Assembly: GCA_964016885.1 (NCBI GenBank)
Contig: OZ024743.1
Span: 286,254,001 to 286,318,000, forward strand
DNA length: 64,000 bases
Reading direction: 5' to 3'
Source: Eledone cirrhosa
Lineage: Eukaryota
Positions 12,581 to 23,600 of this stretch are shown in pieces. The notes under the pieces were generated by a model. That model made no database searches. It was not told where the DNA came from and saw only the letters and a program-made list of their open reading frames with translations. The number at the start of each line of letters is the position of its first letter. The stretch's first letter is position 1. Position numbers and translations under genes: made by a program.

Positions 12581-12763
12581 CTTTCTTTATTAACCACGAG
12601 GTTTTACATAAAGTAGACATTAAGGATAGTACGGGACAATACAGGACGGTACAAATGGGCATTTCTGCGAGTAAAAAAACAAAAACAGAGGATGTAACAA
12701 AAAATAACAATGAAAAATTCCCCAATAGGGGGCAGACTTCCGAGGGACATTTGTGGAGAAAGC
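12580..12763 (-). mobile_element. Severely 5'-truncated Tx1 A/F-type insertion (3' UTR only)
   Basis: Matches about 12808-13003 with substitutions; AAT tracts on both sides. Confidence 0.9.

Positions 12764-12807
<44 letters not shown>
12764..12807. repeat. (AAT)n spacer/target
   Basis: Read directly. Confidence 0.97.
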
Positions 12808-12809
<2 letters not shown>

Positions 12810-13070
12810 TTTCTTTATTAACCACAAGGGTTCACATAAAGTAGACATTAAGGACAGTGCAGGACAATGCAGGACGGTACGAATGGGCATTTCTGCGTGT
12901 AAAAAAAACAAAAACAGAGGATGTAACAAAAATAACAATGAAAATAACAATGAAAAATTCCCCAATAGGGGGGAGACTTCGGAGGGACATTTGTGGAGAA
13001 AGCCCAGTAAAAAGCCACAATGACCCTGACCACCAAGGCAAGTGCCCTCTCCCAGTTTTCCACCTTTAGT

Positions 13071-16000
13071 TTACAGATATATACTCAGAGTCGGCCCATT
13101 CACTCGGGCCATTCTTGCTTCTCTTACCCATCTTTCAACAAAATGCTGGGAAGAGAGCACTTCCTTCTCTACTCTGATTTTCCTTTTCAAATGAAATTTG
13201 AAAAAGTCAATCAGAGCATCACCGAAGAGGTAAGTGCTCGTCTTCAGCCCTTTCAAACGTGTCCACCATACTATCTCTTTCGCCATGGCCACCAGACAGA
13301 TAAAAACTGCCTGCCCTTCCCGGCTAAAGGAGGAGGGCGGGGCAATCCTCACGATAGACTCAGATGATAGCTGGATCCGTCCTAAACGCGACAGCAGGTG
13401 TTCGACATAAACCCACAAGTCAGCAATTTTCGGACACTGGACGAGTGCGTGCAGGACGGTTTCGTCGCCCTGCGCGCATCTCGGACATGCCCGGCTGACG
13501 GCACCTCCATGCCTGTAGAGTTTATCCCGAACTGGCAAGGCTCCTCGGTAGCACTGCCAGGCCAGAGATTTCTGGAAGTTGTCCATAGGCCCTGGCCCGA
13601 AAGTTCTTCCGAAGAGATTGGCTAGTTGATTTTCGTCGACGCCTAGAGTTTCCCCAAGTACGTCGTCGCTCTTCCCCTCCACTAATCCTCTATAGAACGC
13701 CGAGGTGGAGTTTCCACCGATCACATTGCCCGATTGGTCGAGGGCTGTGAGCGCCTGAAGACATTCCAGTCTCCAGGCGCTCCCTCTCGGTCTTCGCTTG
13801 ACCCAGGACTGCAGCTCCGTCAAGGAAACGAGCTGGGGAAAAACGCGTCTAGCAAACGGCGACCACACCTGATCACCGTCGAGGAAGAGGTGGAGATGTC
13901 GTAGCCTGAGCGCGTGCCTGCGCATCATCAGCCACGGCATGCCCAGCCCTCCACGTAGCGGGTGTTGACAACAGATGGACCGCCTGACCATCGGAGCACG
14001 TCCCTTCCACAAAAAGCGAAAGAGCAAACGCTCCAGCGCAGTCAGGCGAGGCTTAGGACAAGGTACGACGGTTAGGCGGTAGCAGATGACAGACGCGATG
14101 TACGCGTTAGCCACCTCCGCTCGACCTTTCAGGGATAGCTTCCTCTCCGCCCATTTCTGGGTGAGAGAAGCCACCCTGCTCGTCACCTCGTCCCAGTTTT
14201 TGTCCGTCTGGAGGTCCGGACCGAACCAGACCCCTAGCAATTTAACCGGTCCGTCCGTCCAGCGCCCGACGACGCTGTTGGACGGCATGGACCTGCCTCT
14301 CCAGGTGCCGAGCTGCAGGCCCACTGACTTTTCCTGGTTGATCATTGCTCCTGTCACCGCTTCGTATTCTCTTAGTGTAGTGCCGATCGCCTCGATGTGT
14401 TTGGCGTTCGACACCACTACGGTGACATCGTCCGCATATGCTGACACGGATCTTCCGCATCCTAGTTCGCGCGGGACTCCCCTCAACGTCTCCAGTTTGT
14501 GCAGTAATGGCTCGAGCGTCAATACGTACAAGAGGGACGAGAGGGGACATCCTTGGCGGACCGAGCGCATGATGTTGAACGGTTCCGACAGGTGACCGTT
14601 CACTCTCACCACAGAGCAGATGTCGCTGTGCATGGCAGCGATCCAGCCTCTGAAGACGGGCCCAAAGCCAGCCGCCCTCAGGACTGCCGCTAGGTAACGA
14701 TGGTCGACCCTATCGAAAGCTTTCGACTGATCTAAATTGATCAAGGACCCACCCGTGCCAGGTTCCCTAGCTACCCTCTCTACGATGTATCGCATGAGGT
14801 GGAGGTTGTCGTGGATGGATCTGTCGGGAATGGCGCATGTCTGCGCCTCTCCCACCAGACCACCAACGACAAGCGCCAACCTCTTTGCTAGCACCTTGGC
14901 CAAAATCTTAAACTCTGTGTTTAGCAGAGTTATGGGCCGGAAATTTTCTATGTTATCCCCCTTGTTCGGATCCTTTCTCAGCAGTGCCACCGCACCTCGG
15001 CTCACAGAACTGGGAATTCTCCCGTTCTGTTGCCAGTTGCAGTAGACGTCCGCCAAGAGGCCTCCGAACAAGTCTGGCATCTGTACGTAAAGTTCATAGG
15101 GCAGACCATCCAAACCAGGCGATTTACCCCTTGTGCAGCCAGTCATTGCCTCCCGTACTTCAGCGGCTGTTATCGGCTTTTCGCAACACCTCGCCTCAGT
15201 GGCCGAGAGCCGCGGCAGTCCGTCGAGGTAGACACTAAAGTCCATCCCTCTACCCGGCCCCCCGCTGCCCCCGAACAGCTGAGCGAAGTGTCGCTGAAAA
15301 GCTTCACACATTTGCCCGGGATCGAGTAGCATGCGCCCGTCGTGGTCCACCAAAGACCGGATCGTGGCTTTGTTGCCACGACGCGCCTCCGCCACTCGGG
15401 CCCATTGAACGGCTTTTGTCCCCTCGTGTCTGAGAGCACGCACCCTAGCTCTGACAACGCAGCCTTCGTGCTTTGCATTGAAGAATTGGTCAAGGGCCAA
15501 TTTCGCCGCAAGCACGTCGGTCGCAATGCCTTTGCTAAGCGCCTCGTCTAATTTTCTAACTAGTTCTCCCTCTGCTCTATTTTTCTCTATTGCTAAAGCC
15601 TTACTAAACCTAATCGATTCTATTCTAATCGCTCTTTTCAGAGCAAACCACCACTTGTTGTTGACGATGGCCCCCGTCAACGCCCGCTTAACTAGTTCGC
15701 TAATCCGGTCTCTGTAGGCCTTGCGCGCTGGTAAGGACGCGTTTAGCTTCCAGTAGCCGGGTCCTCGTCTATGAAGCCTATCTAAGTCAAGCACACAGAT
15801 CACGAATTTGTGGTCCGTGTAGCTGACTATCTTGAATTGTGGACAGCCTATGCTAGACCTATCTATTTCCCTACAAAATACTCTATCTAGATATGATCTG
15901 GATGACCCTATGCGGTTTGTCCAAGTCCACATTGGCACATTCGGGAAATCCAATCGGTACCTGTCAGACAGTTCAAAACGCCTGAGCAGGTTGGTGAGGC

Positions 16001-16490
16001 TCTTGCACCCTCCACCCCTATCCGCTAATCCCACACAGTCCCAGCGTGCATCTAAGATCCCGTTCCAGTCGCCCACTAACACTAAAGAGCGCGACGTTCC
16101 AAGAAAGGTCTCCAGACGCCGGAAGAAATCAGGCCGCCCTGCTCCTGTCGGGGCATAGACGGCCACTAGCCTGAAAGCTTGCCCGTCTCCGCTGGTCACG
16201 TCCAGCACCACCAGCTTACCCTCTGGGTCCAGGAAGATGGCCCGTATGGCGAGATCCAAACCTCTCCGAAAAAGCACAGCAACTCCTCCACCCGATCCAG
16301 GACGGCTGGGAGATGCGTACACATCGTAGCCGCCGAAGATCGGTGCGAAGGCCCGTGCTTCGGAGATTCTGGTCTCGCTGATGGCCACTACATCTATGTT
16401 TAGTGACCTGAGGTCGTTGAGCAGGTGACCCTGCTTCCATGACGACCCCAAGCCACGCGCATTTATGCTGCCTATTCTGAGTGAGGTCAT
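13071..16490 (-). CDS. ORF2, 1139 aa: APE endonuclease, reverse transcriptase, C-terminal CCHC
   Basis: Uninterrupted ORF; VGDWN, YTDH, KAFDRV, QGCPLS, YADD, CPRCAQGDETVLHALVQC. Confidence 0.97.
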   Translation of the reverse strand: MTSLRIGSINARGLGSSWKQGHLLNDLRSLNIDVVAISETRISEARAFAPIFGGYDVYASPSRPGSGGGVAVLFRRGLDLAIRAIFLDPEGKLVVLDVTSGDGQAFRLVAVYAPTGAGRPDFFRRLETFLGTSRSLVLVGDWNGILDARWDCVGLADRGGGCKSLTNLLRRFELSDRYRLDFPNVPMWTWTNRIGSSRSYLDRVFCREIDRSSIGCPQFKIVSYTDHKFVICVLDLDRLHRRGPGYWKLNASLPARKAYRDRISELVKRALTGAIVNNKWWFALKRAIRIESIRFSKALAIEKNRAEGELVRKLDEALSKGIATDVLAAKLALDQFFNAKHEGCVVRARVRALRHEGTKAVQWARVAEARRGNKATIRSLVDHDGRMLLDPGQMCEAFQRHFAQLFGGSGGPGRGMDFSVYLDGLPRLSATEARCCEKPITAAEVREAMTGCTRGKSPGLDGLPYELYVQMPDLFGGLLADVYCNWQQNGRIPSSVSRGAVALLRKDPNKGDNIENFRPITLLNTEFKILAKVLAKRLALVVGGLVGEAQTCAIPDRSIHDNLHLMRYIVERVAREPGTGGSLINLDQSKAFDRVDHRYLAAVLRAAGFGPVFRGWIAAMHSDICSVVRVNGHLSEPFNIMRSVRQGCPLSSLLYVLTLEPLLHKLETLRGVPRELGCGRSVSAYADDVTVVVSNAKHIEAIGTTLREYEAVTGAMINQEKSVGLQLGTWRGRSMPSNSVVGRWTDGPVKLLGVWFGPDLQTDKNWDEVTSRVASLTQKWAERKLSLKGRAEVANAYIASVICYRLTVVPCPKPRLTALERLLFRFLWKGRAPMVRRSICCQHPLRGGLGMPWLMMRRHALRLRHLHLFLDGDQVWSPFARRVFPQLVSLTELQSWVKRRPRGSAWRLECLQALTALDQSGNVIGGNSTSAFYRGLVEGKSDDVLGETLGVDENQLANLFGRTFGPGPMDNFQKSLAWQCYRGALPVRDKLYRHGGAVSRACPRCAQGDETVLHALVQCPKIADLWVYVEHLLSRLGRIQLSSESIVRIAPPSSFSREGQAVFICLVAMAKEIVWWTRLKGLKTSTYLFGDALIDFFKFHLKRKIRVEKEVLSSQHFVERWVREARMARVNGPTLSIYL

Positions 16491-16525
16491 GTTTAAAATA
16501 GAGTGGAAAAGATGGGAAAGACCAC

Positions 16526-18623
16526 TTACCGTACTTTTGGTAGAGGAGGGATGGTTTTTACATCCCTTTTCACTTGATCGTCTGGTGAAGGGACCGTTGA
16601 ATCGTCCCTTCGGCTGGTCGTCGGCTCTTCTAAGAGTATGTCTGAGTATACTCTTCGATTGATGGTTCCTCCTAGGTCCCTGAAATCACCAACTGCGTTG
16701 GGGAATTTCGTTTTAATGTTTGTGTATTGTTTCTGTGCTATTTTTAGCAGTCTTATGTTAGTTGGCGTTTTGATTGGTGCTGGTATTATGTAGTCCTGTT
16801 GTGAAATGTCTGTGTGTTCAATTATGTAAGTCATTAGTTTCTTGTTGTGTGTATTTATTGCCGTGCATTTGTTTTTCTGGGGGTGGGGTGTGGTTCTGCT
16901 ATTTTCTTGTCGTTGTTGCTGGGTGTGTGTGTTTTGTTGTTGTGTTTGCGATGTTGGTGCTTGTGGTGGTGGTGTTGAAGGTGTTGTTGGCGGTGGGGTT
17001 GTCGCCGGTGGTGATGGTGGCGCTAGTGTGGGTGGTGATGGTGTTGGTGTTGTTGCTGCTGTGGGTCTCTTTGCAGTAGACTTTACCCTTTTCTCATTTC
17101 TTTCCTCCCTTTTCAAAGGCGACGATGCGCTGCTTCTGCGTTTGTGCCTTCTTACGACCTTTTGCCATCTCTCTCCCACCTCACACTCCATGTCTGATTC
17201 TGTGAGGTCGGGGAGGGGTACCAGCTCCACTCTTTCACTTGTTGTTGTTGGTGATGTTTGCACTGGAGTCTCTGTTGCAGCTGCATTTGGTATTGCTGTT
17301 GTTGTTGTTAGTATTTCCCCTGCTGCTGCTGTTTTTGATTTCCGTGGAGTGGGTATGGGTGCCACGGGCCTATCGTTCCTGGTTGCCGCTTGTCCTGTTG
17401 CTGGTAGCCGTGGAGCCGGATTCGGAAGGAGGGGGGTTTTCTCCTTTCTCAGGGTCTTCTCATTGCAGAAGGCCCTGAGGTGAGTCTTCGATCCACAGCG
17501 AAAGCATTTCGGGCGTTTGCCCTCAACACTTATGGGCAGTTGAGTGCCGTTATCGAAGTCTATCACATCCGGGATAGCTTCGATGCACTCCTGGTTGGTT
17601 TGGATTAGCATCTCAATGGAGGAGCCGACCCAATCTTCTCTTACTTTTTTCTGTACTTGCAGTACAGTTGTTTTGTCCTCGATTCCGACGAGGACAGACG
17701 CGGCCAGCCAAGAAGGGGTCATTCCGGGGGGGGACGTGGGTCAGTTTGACCCTCACAATTTTTTGCCCACAGTAGGAGGGCACCAACACCATTTCCTCGC
17801 TCCTTAGGGTCACTACTGATTGGGCCTTTGCCTCCTGGGGTGTGGCAAAAAGTACGTCTACGGTGGCATATTTTTTGCCTCGGGTGATGTGCGTTTTCCG
17901 CTGCCACACAGACCCCAAGGCTTTTTGTATTTGGGCCTCTGTGGCTCTTTCCACCCTACGGGATTTTGTACTTACTGTACGGTACGTGACCGTACAGTGC
18001 TCTTGGGTTTCGAAAATTTTTTCCGCTGCCTTGCAGATTGCTCGGTGTCCGTTCTTTGTCACCATCTTCTTCGCTTCCTCTAATTCCTCATTTGTTATGA
18101 GGATTGTTTCCAAGTTTTTCGCAATACCTGCAAATGAGATTGGTTTTTCTCTGCTGTTGTTGTTGTCGTCAGAGCTGCTGGTACTTTTGTTGTTGCTGCA
18201 GGTACTACGACTACTGCCTCCGCCGCTGTTGCTGTGGTTGTTGTTGGTGTTGCTGCTGCTAATGCTGTTGTTGTTTATGCTGCTGGTGATGCTGTTGCGG
18301 CTGCTACTGTTGTTTTCATTGTCACTGTTGCTGTTGTTATTACGGCTGCTACTGCTATTATTCCTGACGTCAGACGAATGAACTGGGTTTTCGTATTTCC
18401 CGCACACCTGTTTCGTCGCTGTCGTCGTCGTCGTGGAGAAACCTTGCACGCTTTGCACGAGACTTTTCTTTTCTTTCGTCGCTTGCGAAAGAGAAGGGAG
18501 GGAGAGAGACACATTTAAAGAAGGGAGGGAGAGAGACAATCTTCTCTCTGCTGTAGTGATGATTGAGGAAGAAGAAGACGGAATGAGTGGGAGTGACGTA
18601 TGAAATTTCTTTTTCGTAGCCAT
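16526..18623 (-). pseudogene. ORF1 with a single +1 base in a G run
   Basis: G8 at 17726-17733 versus G7 in the intact copy; the two halves join to the 698-aa protein; CFRCGSKTHLRAFC knuckle. Confidence 0.9.
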
Positions 18624-18836
18624 GTTTTTTTGTTTAAAATGAAATTTTGGGTACAAAACCCCAATAACTGGTTATTTAACCCCGAAGGGCCAAATAACGG
18701 ACAGAAAGACCCCTCTCACGAGGAGGAGGGTGTCTTTATCAACAATTTGGTTCAAGTTTTAAACAATTTACAATTGTTTTAACGGTTAAAAATTACTATA
18801 CCTTACAGAGCCGAGCCTCCGTCAACCATGGCATTC

Positions 18837-18888
18837 AATAATAATAATAATAATAATAATAATAATTATTATTATTATTATTATTATT
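18837..18888. repeat. (AAT)n turning into (ATT)n; perfect palindrome 18843-18888
   Basis: Read directly; centre at 18865/18866. Confidence 0.95.
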
Positions 18889-19763
18889 GTCTCAAGTTTT
18901 CACAAAATGTTTAATGCCAATATTAAGAAAATATGTCAACACATATATTAAACATACGCGACTAACCGCTTTTTTCACTGATCAAACAAACTACAGTCTA
19001 TTCAACAAAATCAGTAACGACAACGCCATCACTATAGTCACCGCCGCCACCACTCCATCCATCATTGCTACCATTATCCCATCACCGCCGCCACCACTCC
19101 TTCATTGCTACCACCGCTATTCCCCCATTTCCTTCTGTTAACTTACGAAATGGGAAGGTGGCGGTATCACTAGACAATATTAATAAACAATATTAATATT
19201 TAATTTTGGATCAGGAATGTTGGAGTCGAAAAGGAGGAAAATGGCAAAATGACTAAATAGCTAAATAGCTAAAGATAATTTCACCACCAACACCACCACC
19301 ACTACGACGCTAAAAACTCTGGTCAAGTTGCCTCAACCTCTATTTCTACTTCAACTTCAACACCATCACTACAGTACTACGATCACATCACCACCACCAC
19401 TGCCTCATTATCACTACCGCCGCTATTCTCTCCCACTACCTCCTGCTAGGTACTACTAGTACAGCACCACCACCACCACCACTACCTCATTATCACTACC
19501 GCCGCTATTCTCTCCCACTACCTCCTGCTACATCGTAGTGTCCCCACTAAAAGAGGAAGGCATCAAAATATATAAATAGACTGAATTGATGACCCGGTCA
19601 AAATCAAAAAAACAAAATCAAAATCAAAGCAGCACAGCAACAACGAAAAACGTAAAGAAAAGAAAAATGAAGAGAAGAACAAACAGACGGACAGAGAAGG
19701 GAATGGAAAAACTAAGTCAGACATTCAAACATTACATTACAATGAAACTTATGCTTATTCATT

Positions 19764-19794
<31 letters not shown>

Positions 19795-19851
19795 GTTCTG
19801 TTTGTTTGTTTGTTTATTTATGTTCGTCTACAGCGTGATAATGCCATACAA

Positions 19852-19905
19852 AAATCACCGGGAGTGACGAAATCACTGGAGGTGATGAAATCACCGGTGG
19901 TTATG
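19852..19905. repeat. 3 x 18-bp imperfect tandem repeat
   Basis: AAATCACCGGGAGTGACG / AAATCACTGGAGGTGATG / AAATCACCGGTGGTTATG. Confidence 0.8.
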
Positions 19906-19943
19906 TAACCTAACATTCGCCAATCCTCGATAAGAGTGTTTAA

Positions 19944-22900
19944 ATGTCGAACCTAAACAGTTCGAATAACGGTGAAGTGGAGACTAGAATGTCATGTGAC
20001 AGACTCTCACCCAACAGGTGCTCCCTGGCTCAGCAGCAGGGACCTGGCTGTCAACCAAATACTGCTGGTGTCGGAGGAAGAAGAAGAAGGAAAGGGACCA
20101 GAACCAACTGGACGTAAGAATTGAATAGAACTGTTATGCAATGTTACCTGAAGAGTAACCCCAAGGAGAAAGGCTATAGGAAACGGATGCATAACATCTG
20201 GAACGAGATTGGTCTATTTAAATTAGATGAACAAAAATTGGCCGGGCAGGCTCGGGTAATTAGAACTAATGGGTGGATAAGCGAGCTGGAACTGGAGGAA
20301 CTGAGCAGAGAGATTAGCTTGGAAATGGAGAGTGGAGTATGCCAGGCAAACGAGTCAGTGGGAACTGAAGGTGAAGAGGTCGAGAGAACGGAGGAAGCAT
20401 CCGAAGCAGACAATGATCTGAATGCTGAAATAAATAATTGTTTCTACTTTAGGCACAAGGCCAGCAATTATCCAGTGCATTACTGGTACTTTATTTTATC
20501 GACCCCGTAAGGATGAAAGGCAAAGTCAACCTAGGCGGGAATGCTGAAATAAATAATACCTGGAACAGAGATACGGCCACTGAGGAGATGAATACTGACG
20601 GGCTAGGACAAGATTTGGTTGATATCCTAAACTTAGTGGTAGATGAATTGAACAATGATAGTGGGAAACCTATGAACCAAGATTTGTAGACAGGAAAAAG
20701 TTAAAAGAAACAACAGCTAAGGTAAACAAAGTCATCCCATACCTTGAGGCGAGGAGCCTTCACCAGTGCAACAATATCCGCAAAGCAACAGCAAATACGG
20801 TGAGGAAATGACTTGGTATAAAAGCGAGAGGAAACAACAAACAAGAAAGATCAGAGCCTTGGTGGAAGAAACGACTGAGTGGTCAAATCAGGGAAATGAG
20901 AAATGGCATTGGAAAGCTTGAGTCCCTACTGAATGGGACAATAAAAACATAGACACTAAAAATAGACTGGAAATAAAGTACAAAACTAAAGGGAAAAAGC
21001 TAAATATTATCATAGAGGAACTAAAGCAACGCATTGTAGCAAAGAGTACAAAAATCAGGCGATACGAGAACAGAGTCAGTCAGTATAGACAGAACCGCAT
21101 GTTTGACAACAACCAGAAGATGCTGTTTGGACAGCTTGAAGGGAAAGAAAGAGGCAACGACTTGATCCCTGAGGCGGAACAAACTAAAACATTCTGGAGA
21201 GGAATATGGGAGCAGGATGTTAAACATAATGACCAAGCAGTGTGGATTGAGACAGTACAAAAGGAGATTAGTGAACAGGCACACCAACAAACTGATTTGA
21301 GTATCACAGTTGAAACTCTTAAGGGGCAGGCCAAAAAACTAACCAACTGGAAATCACCAGGCCCAGATGGTGTGCAGGGGTATTGGATTAAAAATATAAC
21401 ATCCCTCCACCCGAAACTGACAACCATGTTCAATGACTGCTTGATGTCAGGTGAGGTAACAGAGTGGTTGACAAAAGGTAGCACAGTTCTGATAATGAAA
21501 GACCGAATCAAGGGTAATGATGTTACCAACTATAGACCTATCACATGTCTGTCCGTAATGTGGAAACTGTTGACAAGCATTATGTCTGAGGAAATCTACC
21601 ATCACCTCCGCACAAACAACTTGTTACCGGACGAACAGAAAGGATGCTGAAAGAAGTCCCGTGGTACAACGGACCAGTTACTTATTGATAAGATGGTAAT
21701 GAGGAATTGCAAGAGGAGACACACTGGTCTTGCCATGGGATGGATAGACTACAAAAAGGCATTTGACATGGTGCCTCATTCTTGGATCACCAAAAGCCTG
21801 GAGATCTTCAAGGTGGCAGATAACATCAGACAGTCGTTGGGCAAAAGTATGAAGTCCTGGGAAACAGAGTTAACATCAGCTGGAGAATCCTTGGGAAGCG
21901 TGAAGATCAAGAGAGGTATCTTCCAGGGAGATAGTCTGTCCCCTCTGTTGTTTGTCCTTGCCCTGATGCCCCTGACCAGTATACTGCGAAAAGTGAGAGC
22001 AGGATACAGGTTGGGAAAGGGAGGGCTTACCATCAATCACCTCCTCTTCATGGAAGATCTTTAGCTCTTCGGGAAGAGTGAGAAGGAGTTGGATGTGCTT
22101 GTTGACACTGTCCGTATTTTCAGCAATGATATATGTATGCAATTTGGTATTAGTAAGTGTGGAGTCCTTGTGATTAAGAGGGGTAAATTGAGCAGAAGTA
22201 ACGGAATCCAGGTACCAACAGGTGAGATGATAAAGGAAGTTGACACTGAAGAAGGATAAGAGTATTTGGGTGTTCTGCAGGCTGATGACATCAAGAACAA
22301 AAAAATGAAGGAATTGATAAGAACTGAATACATTCGGAGAGTAAGGAGCGTATTAAAGTCACATCTGAACAGTAGGAATGCCATAAGTGCAGTAAATTCC
22401 CGAGCTGTGTCTATTATTAGGTACAGTGCGGGAATTCTGAGATGGAATGTTGCTGAACAAAAAGAAATGGATAGGAAGACTAGGAAGCTGTTGACCATCT
22501 ACAATATGTTCCACAAGAGGAGTGATGTCGATAGACTCTACTTAAGGAGATCTGAAGGTGGAAGAGGTCTTATCAGCATAGAGGACTGTGTTCAGATGGA
22601 GAAAAACAACCTACACAAATACGTGACTGATAGTAAGGAGCCAATGCTCAGAACTGTACTGAAGGAGAGGACAATAGACCAGGGGATGTCCAAGGAGGAA
22701 ATAACATCAAGGAGAAAGAGCAGCCTTCAGGAAAAATCCCTTCATAGTACCTTCTTTGAGAAAACTGAATTCAGAGATTCACAGACATGGAACTGGTTGA
22801 AAAGAGGAGACCTTAAAAAGGCTACAGAAGGAATGTTAATGGCTGCGCAGGAGCAGGCCCTCAAAACGAAGTGGTTGAAACACCATATTTACAAGGAGGA

Positions 22901-23565
22901 GGCTAGCCCACTGTGCAGGATCTGTGGAGAGAGAGAGAGGAGACTGTGGCTCACATTGTATCCGAGTGTAAACACCTAGCCCAGACTCAGTATAATGGCT
23001 GGAGAGATGATGTGATGGGTAGGGTGATCCACTGGCATCTATGCAAAGTAAACAATTTACCACATTCTGAGAAGTGGTATGAGCATAAGCCAGAGTCGGT
23101 GATAGAAAACGATCAGGTGAAGTTGCTGTGGGATTTTAGGATACAGACGGACAAGAAACTGGAACACAATAGACCTGACCTGGTGGTTGTGGACAAAGAA
23201 AAAAGATCGTGTCTGATTGTGGATGTGGCTTGCCCATTCGACACGAGAGTGCAAGAGAAGGAGAGGGAGAAAATTAACCGATACCAGGACTTAAAGTGGG
23301 AGCTAAAAAGGATTTGGAACTGCCATGAAGTCAAAGTGATCCCGATTGTCATAGGCGCACTAGGGACTATCTCCAAAAGTTTCCAGGGATGGTTTAAGAA
23401 AATTGGCCCCTTTACGCTTTTTGGAACGCTTCAAAAGGCATGCTTGCTGGGAACAGCAAGAACCCTCCGATACGTCCTGAATATCTGAGGCTGCAGGTAG
23501 TGGCTTGATATTCATCTCAACAAACTTTCCAGTTAACTAACATCAATGACTGAGACTCAAAGAAC
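19944..23565 (+). mobile_element. R4/Dong-type family E copy 1, near full length, degenerate (5' boundary uncertain)
   Basis: ORF pieces from 20121 to 23488 with [26 protein letters not shown]; 3' end runs into (AAT)n. Confidence 0.9.
20439..20538 (-). mobile_element. 5'-truncated tRNA-derived SINE with 19-bp TSD
   Basis: GAATGCTGAAATAAATAAT at 20420-20438 and 20539-20557; insert matches the SINE starting at 36509. Confidence 0.93.

Positions 23566-23598
<33 letters not shown>
23566..23598. repeat. (AAT)11 spacer/target
   Basis: Read directly. Confidence 0.97.

Positions 23599-23600
<2 letters not shown>

Larger units (their letters stand above)
12808..18836 (-). mobile_element. Tx1 family A copy 2, full length
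   Basis: Both termini present and abutting (AAT)n; ORF1 + ORF2. Confidence 0.97.

Noticed and set aside
13071-16490. Bacterial RT systems (group II intron, retron, DGR)
   Set aside because: APE or RLE domains, ORF1, 5' truncations and the eukaryotic repeat context indicate non-LTR retrotransposons
12764-18866. Target-site duplications for Tx1 and Dong copies
   Set aside because: Cannot be delimited inside pure AAT repeats
19389-19530. Roughly 60-bp direct duplication in CAC-rich sequence
   Set aside because: Ordinary low-complexity slippage
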